NCBI GenBank assembly: GCA_001784175.1
Contig: MFPR01000013.1
Span: forward strand, 1 to 64,000
From: Candidatus Lindowbacteria bacterium RIFCSPLOWO2_12_FULL_62_27
Lineage (GTDB): Bacteria; Lindowbacteria; 2-12-FULL-62-27
Reading direction: 5' to 3'
DNA length: 64,000 nt
In this document: positions 45,486 to 54,727 of the stretch, piece after piece
Position numbering within the stretch: the stretch's first letter is position 1
Layout: every line of letters begins with the position of its first letter
Program-made: the position numbers and the translations under genes
The notes under the pieces: generated by a model
Database searches by the model: none
What the model saw: only the letters and a program-made list of their open reading frames with translations
What the model was told of the DNA's origin: nothing

Positions 45486-47393
45486 ATGTTCCTGCTGAGA
45501 TACATCGTCCTCCCGCCGCTGATCGCGCTCCTCGCGAATCTCCTCCTGGGCCGGTGGTGGGGCAGGAAAACGACGGCGACGCTGGCTTGCGGATCGGTCC
45601 TGCTTTCGTTTCTGGTTTCCCTGCGCGACAGTTATTACCTTTACATGATCACGCTTCCGGAAACGCGCGTGGCCTCGGACGTGATGTTCACGTGGTTGTC
45701 GATCGGCCGGTTCGAGATCCCGGTCGAATTCGTGCTTGATCCGCTGTCGGGTGCGATGTGTCTGATCATCACGGGCGTCGGATTTCTGATCCATCTCTAC
45801 AGCGTCGGCTACATGTGGCACGATCCGGGATTTCGGCGGTTCTTCGTTTATCTGAATCTCTTTATCGTCTTCATGCTGCTCCTGGTTCTGGCCGACAATC
45901 TTCTTCTTCTGTTTGTCGGCTGGGAGGGCGTGGGTCTCTGCTCATATCTGCTCATCGGGTTCTGGCATGCGGACATGAAAAACGCGTCGGCGGGGAAAAA
46001 GGCATTTGTGGTCAACCGCATCGGCGATCTGGGATTCCTCATCGGCCTCCTGCTGGTCTTTGCGGCCTTCAATACGCTGAGCGTGTCCGAAATGCAGGAG
46101 ATCATCTCGGACGCCATCGCCCGGCATCTGCCGCTGCCGCTGGCGCCGCTGGCGGCCACGGTCATCTGCCTCTGCCTGTTTGTGGGCGCGTGCGGCAAAT
46201 CCGCGCAGATTCCGCTGTACGTGTGGCTGCCGGACGCGATGGCCGGACCCACGCCGGTTTCGGCGCTCATCCATGCCGCCACGATGGTGACCGCGGGCGT
46301 TTACATGATCGCGCGGCTCCATTTTCTCTACGCATTCTCGCCGTTCGCTTCCGGCGTCGTGGCGGTCGTCGGCGCGGCCACCGCCATCTACGCCGCCATC
46401 ATCGGACTTGCCCAGAACGATATCAAGAAGGTCCTGGCCTACTCGACCGTTTCACAGCTCGGATACATGTTCCTCGCCGTCGGCGTCGGCGCCTACACGT
46501 TTGGGATTTTCCATCTGGCCACACACGCTTTTTTCAAGGCGCTTCTCTTTCTCGGATCCGGCAGCGTCATCCACGCGCTTTCCGGCGAGCAGGACCTCCG
46601 CAAGATGGGAGGCCTTTGCCGGCGCCTGCCCGTGACGTTCTGGACGTTTCTGGCCGGGACGCTCGCCATCGCCGGTGTGTGGCCGCTGGCGGGGTTTTTC
46701 TCCAAGGACGAAATCCTCATCGCGGCGCGGCTGGCCGAAACGCCGCTCATTTCCGGGCGCGCGCTTTTTGCGGTCGGGCTCTCTGCCGCGTTTCTGACGG
46801 CGTTTTACATGGGCCGGCTCTTTGTGATGGCATTTCTGGGCCCGTGCCGCGTGGAGGCGGATAAGCAGCACCACATCCACGAATCGCCATGGACGATGAC
46901 GGTCCCGCTCATCGTTCTTGCTCTTCTCTCGGCGGTCGGCGGCGCCGCCGGGGTCTATCATCACTCATTCGCCCGGTGGCTTTCTCCGCTCTACGGCGCG
47001 CCGGATGCGGCTCCGCCGGCCGTCGAACACTTTGTGATGGCTGCATCGCTGGCCGTCGCCTTTGGCGGGCTTGCCCTCTCGTTCCTGTTCTATCTGCAGG
47101 CGCCGACCCTGCCGGACCGTCTGGCCCGAACCGCCGGATGGCTCTACCGCTGGGTCGCGGAGAAATTTTACGTTGACGAACTTTACGAATGGATCGTCGT
47201 GCGGCCTGTCTATTATGTGGGCGTCGCCGGCCAGGCCTTCGACAAACATGTGGTGGACCGGGCGGTCAACTGGACGGGCGGCGGTCTCAAGGGCGCCGGA
47301 TTTCTGCTCAGCTTTTTTCAGTCCGGCAATGTCGGAACGTACGCCATCTGGTTCCTGATCGGCGTGTCGATCCTGCTCCACGTCATGCGATGA
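45486..47393 (+). CDS. nuoL: NADH-quinone oxidoreductase subunit L
   Basis: IHLYSVGYM, GWEGVGLCSYLLIGF, WLPDAMAGPTPVSALIHAATMVTAG, THAFFKALLFL. Start 45486 or 45477. Confidence 0.96.
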   Translation: MFLLRYIVLPPLIALLANLLLGRWWGRKTTATLACGSVLLSFLVSLRDSYYLYMITLPETRVASDVMFTWLSIGRFEIPVEFVLDPLSGAMCLIITGVGFLIHLYSVGYMWHDPGFRRFFVYLNLFIVFMLLLVLADNLLLLFVGWEGVGLCSYLLIGFWHADMKNASAGKKAFVVNRIGDLGFLIGLLLVFAAFNTLSVSEMQEIISDAIARHLPLPLAPLAATVICLCLFVGACGKSAQIPLYVWLPDAMAGPTPVSALIHAATMVTAGVYMIARLHFLYAFSPFASGVVAVVGAATAIYAAIIGLAQNDIKKVLAYSTVSQLGYMFLAVGVGAYTFGIFHLATHAFFKALLFLGSGSVIHALSGEQDLRKMGGLCRRLPVTFWTFLAGTLAIAGVWPLAGFFSKDEILIAARLAETPLISGRALFAVGLSAAFLTAFYMGRLFVMAFLGPCRVEADKQHHIHESPWTMTVPLIVLALLSAVGGAAGVYHHSFARWLSPLYGAPDAAPPAVEHFVMAASLAVAFGGLALSFLFYLQAPTLPDRLARTAGWLYRWVAEKFYVDELYEWIVVRPVYYVGVAGQAFDKHVVDRAVNWTGGGLKGAGFLLSFFQSGNVGTYAIWFLIGVSILLHVMR

Positions 47394-48991
47394 ACATCCT
47401 CTCGGCGCTTGTTTTCTTCCCGATCGCCGGCGCGCTCCTCATCGCAATCTGGCCGTGCGCGGAACGGACGAGCTGGCGGATGGCGCTGATCGCGTCGGCG
47501 GGAGAGTTTCTCCTCAGCCTCAAGATGGCCCTGCTCTTCGATCCGAACTCCGGCCTCATGCAGATGGTGGAACAGTCCGAGTGGATTCCGACCTTCGGCA
47601 TTACGTACCTCCTGGGCGTCGACGGGGTGAGCCTCGGTCTTGTGGTTCTGACCGGCGCGCTGACGCCGATCGTCGTGCTGTCGGCGTGGGGCTCCATACA
47701 AAAACAGATCCGCGCCTACCTCGCCGGCATGCTGCTTCTGGAGGGCGCGATGGTCGGCTCCTTTCTGGCGCTGGACCTTGTTCTGTTTTTCCTCTTCTGG
47801 GAACTCATGCTGATCCCGATGGCGATCCTGATCGGCGTCTGGGGCGGCCCGCGGCGGATTTATTCGGCGATCAAGTTTTTCCTCTACACGGCCTTCGGCT
47901 CCGCCCTGATGCTGGTGTCGATTTTGTCGCTGGCGTATCTGCACATGGAGAGCCGCAATCTTCTGACGTTCAATTTTCTCATCCTGAAGGACCTCATTCT
48001 GCCCCCCCACGTCTCGCTGTACCTGTTTTTGGGATTCGCACTTGCGTTTGCGATCAAGGTTCCCGTGTTTCCGTTTCACACGTGGCTGCCGGACGCGCAC
48101 ACGGAGGCGCCGACCGGCGGCAGCGTCATTTTGGCGGGAGTTCTCCTGAAATTCGGCGTCTACGGATTTTTCCGGTTCTGCTTGCCGCTGTTCCCCGACA
48201 TCGCGATGCGCGCTGCGCCGTGGCTCGCGGGACTCGGGGTCGTCGGCATCGTCTACGGGGCGCTTGTGTCGATGGTCCAGACCGACATCAAACGCCTCGT
48301 GGCGTTCTCGTCCGTTTCGCATCTGGGCTTCTGCATGCTCGGACTCTTCGCCTTTACGGTCGAAGGCATGGCCGGCAGCCTCTTTGTGTGCCTCGCGCAC
48401 GGCGTGTCGACCGGCGCCCTGTTTTTGCTCGTCGGGTTTCTCTATGACCGCCGGCATACGCGGGACATTTCGGAATTCGGCGGGATCACGCAGGTCATGC
48501 CGTTTTACGCGGCCGTGTTCGTCATCACGGCCCTCGCGTCCGCGGGCCTGCCGGGCCTCTGCGGGTTCGTGGGAGAATTTCTGTCGCTGGCCGGCGCGTT
48601 TCTGTCGCAGAGCCTGCCGCATGCGCGGCTTCTAACGGTGGCCGCGGCCACGGCGGTGATTCTGTCGGCGGTGTATCTCCTCTGGATGGTCCAGCGCGTG
48701 TTTTTCGGCGCGCTGTCGAATGACAAAAACCGCCGGCTGGCCGACCTGACGCTCCGCGAGCGGTGCGCGATCCTTCCTCTGATCGGTCTCATGATCTGGA
48801 TGGGCGTGTATCCGGAACCGATTCTGGCCAGGATGCGCCCAACGCTCGACATGCTCCGGACGTTTGTCATGCTCAAACGCGGCCAGATCGAACGGGAACT
48901 GCAAAGAAACGACACGGCGCCGGACATCGCGCCGGCGCCGATGGAAAAACCGGGATCGCCGGCCGACCGGCCCCCGCGGGAGACGGTATGA
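47390..48991 (+). CDS. nuoM: NADH-quinone oxidoreductase subunit M
   Basis: FWELMLIPM, FHTWLPDAHTEAPTGGSVILAGVLLK, GLPGLCGFVGEF; ATGA overlap with nuoL. Confidence 0.96.
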   Translation: MNILSALVFFPIAGALLIAIWPCAERTSWRMALIASAGEFLLSLKMALLFDPNSGLMQMVEQSEWIPTFGITYLLGVDGVSLGLVVLTGALTPIVVLSAWGSIQKQIRAYLAGMLLLEGAMVGSFLALDLVLFFLFWELMLIPMAILIGVWGGPRRIYSAIKFFLYTAFGSALMLVSILSLAYLHMESRNLLTFNFLILKDLILPPHVSLYLFLGFALAFAIKVPVFPFHTWLPDAHTEAPTGGSVILAGVLLKFGVYGFFRFCLPLFPDIAMRAAPWLAGLGVVGIVYGALVSMVQTDIKRLVAFSSVSHLGFCMLGLFAFTVEGMAGSLFVCLAHGVSTGALFLLVGFLYDRRHTRDISEFGGITQVMPFYAAVFVITALASAGLPGLCGFVGEFLSLAGAFLSQSLPHARLLTVAAATAVILSAVYLLWMVQRVFFGALSNDKNRRLADLTLRERCAILPLIGLMIWMGVYPEPILARMRPTLDMLRTFVMLKRGQIERELQRNDTAPDIAPAPMEKPGSPADRPPRETV

Positions 48992-50478
48992 TCTCGATCA
49001 CGGCCGCCGACCTCTCGGGCATTTCGCCCGCACTGCATCTTGCGGTGGCCGGCATCGCCATCATGCTCCTCGACGCGCTCTGGCCCATGCGGTCGAAACT
49101 CCTGTCGGTTTGGATCACCCTCGCGGCGCTCGGCTGCTCTCTCACAACGAGCCTTCACCGCCTGACGGCCGGCGTGGACGTGACCCTCTTTAACGGCGCG
49201 GTCCGGATGGACGGGTACGCGCACGCGTTTTCGGCGATCATCTGCCTCGCCTCGACGCTCGCGGTCCTGTCCGCCCCCAAGTATCTGCGCCTGCGGGGCG
49301 TTCATCTCGCCGAATATTACGCGCTCCTGCTTTTCTCCGTCTGCGGCATGGTGCTCTTTGCGGCGGCGGAGGAGCTGATCATGCTTTTCCTCGCGCTGGA
49401 AACGCTGTCGATCCCGGTCTACTGCCTGGTGGGATTCACGCGGACGAACGTGTATTCGACGGAGGCGTCGATGAAATATTTCGTGATCGGCGCGTTCGCC
49501 ACCGGATTTCTCGTCTACGGCATCGCCCTCCTCTACGGCGCGGCCGGATCGGGGTATCTCGTGGATCTTCGCGCGGGCGCCGCACGGGCGCCGGGACTTT
49601 TCTACGCGGGCATGACGCTGTTGTTGGTGGGATTTCTATTCAAGATCGGCGCCGTCCCGTTCAACATGTGGACGCCCGACGCCTACGAGGGCGCGCCGAC
49701 GCCGGTGACGACCTTCATGGCCGAGGCCGTCAAGGCCGCGCCGTTCGGGGGAATGATCAAGGTGCTGTTCGTCGGATTCGGCTTTGACGCCGCGGTCGGG
49801 CTCTGGCAGCCGGCGTTGGTGGTGATCGCCGTCCTGACCATGACCGTCGGCAACCTCACGGCGCTGGTCCAGACCGACGTCAAGCGCATGATGGGCTATT
49901 CGTCCATCGCGCATTCGGGCTACATCCTGGTCGGCATCCTCGCCGCGTCGAAACTCCAGTCGGCCGACGCCCTGGCGGCGGTCCTCTATTACCTCTTCGT
50001 CTACGTCCTCATGAACGCGGGCGCCTTCGGAATTCTGATCCTGTTTTCTCACAAGGACAAGGACACAAATGCCGTGGAGGATCTGACGGGCCTCGCGCGC
50101 GAACGTCCATGGGCGGCGGCGCTCATGGCGGTCTACATGCTGTCGCTGACCGGCCTGCCGCCGCTGGCGGGATTTTTCGGCAAGTTCTACATTTTTTCGT
50201 ACGCCGTAAAGGCGGGCTATGTCCCGCTGGTGATCATCGCGATCCTCAACAGCGTGGTCTCCGCCTACTATTATTTGAAGGTCATCGTCGCGATGTATTT
50301 CCGGGGCCCCGAGGACACGGGCCGCGCGGCCGTCTTTCATTACGAGGGATACAGCGTGTTCCTGCTCGCCATGCTGTGGTTCACCGCCTGGGGCATCCTC
50401 TACTACGGCATCCATTCCGAACCCCAGCTCGCCCTAGCGCGGCTCGCGGCGTCGAGCCTGTTCGCGACGGCGCCTTGA
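48988..50478 (+). CDS. nuoN: NADH-quinone oxidoreductase subunit N
   Basis: EASMKYFVIG, FKIGAVPFNMWTPDAYEGAP, GLPPLAGFFGKF; ATGA overlap with nuoM. Confidence 0.96.
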   Translation: MISITAADLSGISPALHLAVAGIAIMLLDALWPMRSKLLSVWITLAALGCSLTTSLHRLTAGVDVTLFNGAVRMDGYAHAFSAIICLASTLAVLSAPKYLRLRGVHLAEYYALLLFSVCGMVLFAAAEELIMLFLALETLSIPVYCLVGFTRTNVYSTEASMKYFVIGAFATGFLVYGIALLYGAAGSGYLVDLRAGAARAPGLFYAGMTLLLVGFLFKIGAVPFNMWTPDAYEGAPTPVTTFMAEAVKAAPFGGMIKVLFVGFGFDAAVGLWQPALVVIAVLTMTVGNLTALVQTDVKRMMGYSSIAHSGYILVGILAASKLQSADALAAVLYYLFVYVLMNAGAFGILILFSHKDKDTNAVEDLTGLARERPWAAALMAVYMLSLTGLPPLAGFFGKFYIFSYAVKAGYVPLVIIAILNSVVSAYYYLKVIVAMYFRGPEDTGRAAVFHYEGYSVFLLAMLWFTAWGILYYGIHSEPQLALARLAASSLFATAP

Positions 50479-50506
50479 GATTTGGCCTCGACATTCCCGG
50501 CCCGCG

Positions 50507-53011
50507 ATGCAGCTACTGATCTATTTTTTTAACCGCCCTGTCCATTATTTCCTGATCGCTGCCGCCGCCGTCTTTATTGGTCTGTACCTGCTCGCGCGAT
50601 CGCGCGAATCGCTCTCCCGAATCGTGTTCGCCGGACTGGTGTTGGAGCTCTGTGTTGTCACCCTTCATTTTTCCGGGTGGTTCAAGTTCATCGGGATTAC
50701 GAAGACGTTCGTGTTTGAGTTTGTGCCGCTGACGCTGTTTTTGCTCTGGATCTCGCATGCCTTCGATCGCGAAACCCACCGCCTGACTTCCGGCCCGCTC
50801 AATATCGCGGTCTTCTCGTTCTTTGTGATCTGCGTCCTCGGCGCGTTTCTGGCCCCGCGGCGTTTCTGGTATTACGCATTCGACTGGGCGGTGCGATTCG
50901 CCTCCGCGGTTCTGTTGTTTTTCCTGGTCATCCAATTCGTGAACACCCGCCGGCGCTGGACCATTATCCTGCACACGTTCCTGGCGCTGCTCGGCGTCAC
51001 TTCGATCTACTGCATCCTCCAGATGCAGGGACTCGGGTTCGAGCAGTTCGGCGGCCGGATCGTGAACGTGTCGTCGTTCGGCAACAAAAACGTCTTCGCC
51101 TCCTTCCTCTGTTTCACCACGCCCCTCGCCCTGTCGATGGCCGCCGGCGCCCGCACCGCCCCACGAGCCGCCGGCTATGGCACCCTGGCCGCGCTCGGCC
51201 TGTACAATATCTGGGTGGGTGAAACGCGTGGCGCATGGCTCGGCATGATGGCGTTCGGAGCGCTCGCGGTGCTGTTCGAATGCCGGTACGGCAGATTGAG
51301 AATGTGGGCGGGGACGATCATAAAGGCGGCCCTCCTCGTCGCGGCTGTCGCTGTCGGGGCGGTCATACTCCTCTCCGTGATCTCCGAACACCGTCTGGAC
51401 ACCCTGCGATCCATCTTTCAGACCACGTCCGGGACCAACATCATCCGTGTCTACATGTGGTGGGCGGCGGCACGAATGCTGTGGGACAACCCGCTGTTCG
51501 GCCAGGGACTCGGCACGTCCCACGTTGTCTTTCCCTTCTTCCGTCCCGACCAATACAACCGGATCGGGATGCAGCACAACACGGATTTTGTTCATTCTGA
51601 AGCGTTGCAGGTGTTGTGCGAGCAGGGAATTATTGGATTTTCGGCGTGGCTGGCGGTGCTGATCATATTCTTCATGCTGGCGCTGCGCAAACTCCGCGCG
51701 CTGGCCGATTCCGCGGACCGCTACATTCTCTTCGGCCTCACGGGCGCGCTGTTCGGCGCGCTGGTGCATGAGTCGATCAGTTTCAATCTGCGCTGGGCGT
51801 CCAGCATGATGGCATTCTGGTTCGAGATGGCGATGGCGACGCGGTATGTGATGGGATTTGAGGAGACCGCGGAGCGCCGCCGGGGAGTCCTGGCAGAACT
51901 GAGGATGCAGATCAGCCCGCGGACGCTGGCCGCCGGCCGCATGGCAGTCCTGCCGGTTCTGGGCGCGGCGTTCGTATTTATGAGTTATGGTCATTACCGC
52001 GTGCTGCGCGGCGACTGGGCGTTGAAAGAGATGCGGGTTGCAAGCCGGGCGGTGAGCATGGGAGAGGAATCGGTGAAATCGAATCCTTACAATCACAGCG
52101 CCTATGACAATCTGGCAATCCATTATTTTGAGGTAAAAGACATCCCCAAAGCGCTTGAATGGTCTTACAAGGTGATGCAGATCGCGCCCAATTATGGGTT
52201 GGTCCAACGTAACGTCGGACTGGCCTATTATGATCTTTATTCCAGGACCAATTCGCCCCTTCAACTCTATGCCGCGGCGATCGAGTTCGAGGCGGCAACC
52301 CTCCATAACAACGATATCGACAACAACGATCGCCTGGTCAAACTCTACGCCCTGCACATGAACAACGAATCCCGTGCCCGCTACCACAGCCGCCTCATGT
52401 TCTCACAGGCGGTGGAGGACTGGATGTACAATCACCATCGCATGGCCGCTACATACGGGTGGAATGTTCACCACCTCAACCTCTCCAACCTCCCGCCCGA
52501 CTTTGATCATCACAGGTATCTCTTCGAGATATTCATCAAACCCGGCAACGACGCGATTCGGGCCTACTGGCAGAAACGCCTCGATCTGCTCCATCAGCAT
52601 CGGCGGCCGCGCGACGAAATCCGATATACGCTCCGGATGGCGGCGGGATATGTGCCCGACAACCAGGCGCTGGTCGAGATGTCCATCAGGGAATACATGG
52701 AATTGGAGGAACCTGAAATCGATCTCGCCTTTCTGGCCAATTATATCGAATCGCTTCGTCCCGGGCATGGGCCGGCCGAGCTTTTGCACCAGACACGCCT
52801 GCGACTCATTGAACTGGGCGGGCCGCAAGCGTCCCCATGGATCATGTACGCCATCGGCGTCATCTCGCACCAGCTCGGCGACCATGACGCCGCCCAGCGG
52901 TTTATGTCGATGGCCCGGGCACGGGGCGCGCAGTTCAAGCAGTTCAATCCGTGGGCGGGGCGGTTGGCGGACTCGCCGGCAGGCCGGCTGCATCAATCCC
53001 GCACACCGTGA
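50507..53011 (+). CDS. O-antigen ligase / O-oligosaccharyltransferase-like (Wzy_C) membrane protein with C-terminal TPRs
   Basis: About 12 TMs; SSFGNKNVFA, ETRGAWLG, RVYMWW...NPLFGQGLG, HSEALQVLCEQGIIG; TPR-like helices afterwards. Confidence 0.85.
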   Translation: MQLLIYFFNRPVHYFLIAAAAVFIGLYLLARSRESLSRIVFAGLVLELCVVTLHFSGWFKFIGITKTFVFEFVPLTLFLLWISHAFDRETHRLTSGPLNIAVFSFFVICVLGAFLAPRRFWYYAFDWAVRFASAVLLFFLVIQFVNTRRRWTIILHTFLALLGVTSIYCILQMQGLGFEQFGGRIVNVSSFGNKNVFASFLCFTTPLALSMAAGARTAPRAAGYGTLAALGLYNIWVGETRGAWLGMMAFGALAVLFECRYGRLRMWAGTIIKAALLVAAVAVGAVILLSVISEHRLDTLRSIFQTTSGTNIIRVYMWWAAARMLWDNPLFGQGLGTSHVVFPFFRPDQYNRIGMQHNTDFVHSEALQVLCEQGIIGFSAWLAVLIIFFMLALRKLRALADSADRYILFGLTGALFGALVHESISFNLRWASSMMAFWFEMAMATRYVMGFEETAERRRGVLAELRMQISPRTLAAGRMAVLPVLGAAFVFMSYGHYRVLRGDWALKEMRVASRAVSMGEESVKSNPYNHSAYDNLAIHYFEVKDIPKALEWSYKVMQIAPNYGLVQRNVGLAYYDLYSRTNSPLQLYAAAIEFEAATLHNNDIDNNDRLVKLYALHMNNESRARYHSRLMFSQAVEDWMYNHHRMAATYGWNVHHLNLSNLPPDFDHHRYLFEIFIKPGNDAIRAYWQKRLDLLHQHRRPRDEIRYTLRMAAGYVPDNQALVEMSIREYMELEEPEIDLAFLANYIESLRPGHGPAELLHQTRLRLIELGGPQASPWIMYAIGVISHQLGDHDAAQRFMSMARARGAQFKQFNPWAGRLADSPAGRLHQSRTP

Positions 53012-53185
53012 AAACCACTCGGTGAAGGATGGTGAAACCCGTCAAACACGAATGAATGAGCATGAATGTCTTCATGGGAATGAGAAACGTTTCTAAAATT
53101 CGTGACCATTCGTGTCATATGTTTTCAGAATTCCACCGATCGGTGTCATATTGACATTTGACGCGCGCGCGGGCAACTTACCCCC

Positions 53186-54073
53186 ATGAGCCGATGGTCG
53201 AAGGTTGTGATTCTGGGTCACACCGGGTTTATTGGGAGGGCGCTGGCGCGGCATTGCGAGCGGGCGGCGGGCATGCGGGTGTTCGGATACTCGTCCGACA
53301 CCGTGGACCTGCGGCGGCCGGAGAGCATGGACCGGCTGGCGGATGTCGTCGATTCTGAGACCGCGCTGTTCCTCGCCTCTGCCGTCACGCGCGAGAAGGG
53401 CGACACGAAGGAGTCCTTTGACGACAACGCGCATATGGTCCACACCGTCGCGCGCTTTCTTGAAACACACCGGCCCGGCAAATGCGTCTACTTCAGCTCG
53501 ATCGCCGTCTACGGCGATTCCCGCACAGACCTTGCCATCACGGAGGAAACCCGGGTCAATCCCGACTCGTTCTACGCGCTCGCCAAGTACGCCGGCGAGT
53601 ACATTCTCGGATGGGCCTGCCGGGCGGCCGGTGTTCCCTATTTGAATCTTCGGGTCTGCCACGTCTACGGCCCTGGCGACACGCACGCGACCTACGGGCC
53701 GATGCAGTTTGTCTCGACGCTTCTGGCGGAGCGCGCCATACGCCTGTTCGGCCGCGGCGAGGACCGGCGCGATCATCTCTACATCGACGACCTCATCGGC
53801 CTGACGGACCGCTTGACGTTCGGCGACGCCGAGGGGCTGTTCAATCTGGTGTCGGGCACGAGTGTGACGCGGGCGCAGATCGTCGACATGATCCGGGAGA
53901 TCGCGCCGCACGAATTTGAACTCAAATTCATCCCAAGGAAAAAACCGCACGTCGATCAGCAATTCGATATTTCAAAACTGCTGCGCGCCGCCCCCGGATT
54001 CGGGTTTACCCCGCTTGAGGAGGGCCTGAAGCAAACGCTGGACGCGTTTACCGCAGATTCTCGAGCTCGATGA
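53186..54073 (+). CDS. NAD-dependent epimerase/dehydratase
   Basis: GHTGFIG, SSIAVYG, YALAK, VYGPGD, RDHLYIDD. Confidence 0.92.
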   Translation: MSRWSKVVILGHTGFIGRALARHCERAAGMRVFGYSSDTVDLRRPESMDRLADVVDSETALFLASAVTREKGDTKESFDDNAHMVHTVARFLETHRPGKCVYFSSIAVYGDSRTDLAITEETRVNPDSFYALAKYAGEYILGWACRAAGVPYLNLRVCHVYGPGDTHATYGPMQFVSTLLAERAIRLFGRGEDRRDHLYIDDLIGLTDRLTFGDAEGLFNLVSGTSVTRAQIVDMIREIAPHEFELKFIPRKKPHVDQQFDISKLLRAAPGFGFTPLEEGLKQTLDAFTADSRAR

Positions 54074-54710
54074 TCGTGTAAAAGGTGTCGACGCTGACCT
54101 TCGGATTCTGAAAGAGCTTGTCCCAGCCGTCCGGCGTCATGAAGGTCTTGATGATGGGCGCCCAGGCCATCATGGACCGGTGCTGGAGGTCGTTGGTGTA
54201 GGCGTCGACCTGGATGTAGACGCCCGCGCCTTTTCGCGCCACCCGCACGACCTCGCCGAACGTTTTCTGCACGTCGGACTCTGGCATGAAGTGCAGGGAG
54301 TTGATGAGAAGGATCAGGTCGAAGCTGTTGTCCGCGTACGGAAGGCGCGTCGGATAGCCGACGTCGATCAGGTCCCGGACCGTGTCCGGCGCGGTGTCCT
54401 TCGCGTACTGCGCGACCTCGAATCCGCGCACCGTGATCCCCGGCATCGCCAGCTTGAGGTCTTTCAGCAGAAATCCCTTCGCGCAGCCGATGTCCAGAAC
54501 GCTCGATTGCGGCGTCAGGCCGTACTTCTCCTGCAGCTTTTTCGCGATCGCCGCCCACCGGCCGTCGTCCTTGTAGCCGCCGTAGCCGCGGCTCCGGGGG
54601 CCGTCGAAATAATCCCTGCTGAATGTGCCGTCGATGTTGCGCGTGGCGGCGACGTCCGGCGGGAGGTTCTTGATCTGAATGGCGTCCACGCCCAGAAGGT
54701 TGTATCGCAT
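54048..54710 (-). CDS. Class I SAM-dependent methyltransferase
   Basis: YFDGPRSRGYGGY, VLDIGCAKGFL, LPYADNSFDLI. Confidence 0.9.
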   Translation of the reverse strand: MRYNLLGVDAIQIKNLPPDVAATRNIDGTFSRDYFDGPRSRGYGGYKDDGRWAAIAKKLQEKYGLTPQSSVLDIGCAKGFLLKDLKLAMPGITVRGFEVAQYAKDTAPDTVRDLIDVGYPTRLPYADNSFDLILLINSLHFMPESDVQKTFGEVVRVARKGAGVYIQVDAYTNDLQHRSMMAWAPIIKTFMTPDGWDKLFQNPKVSVDTFYTIIELENLR

Positions 54711-54727
54711 TTAAGTCCGCAGCGGCG

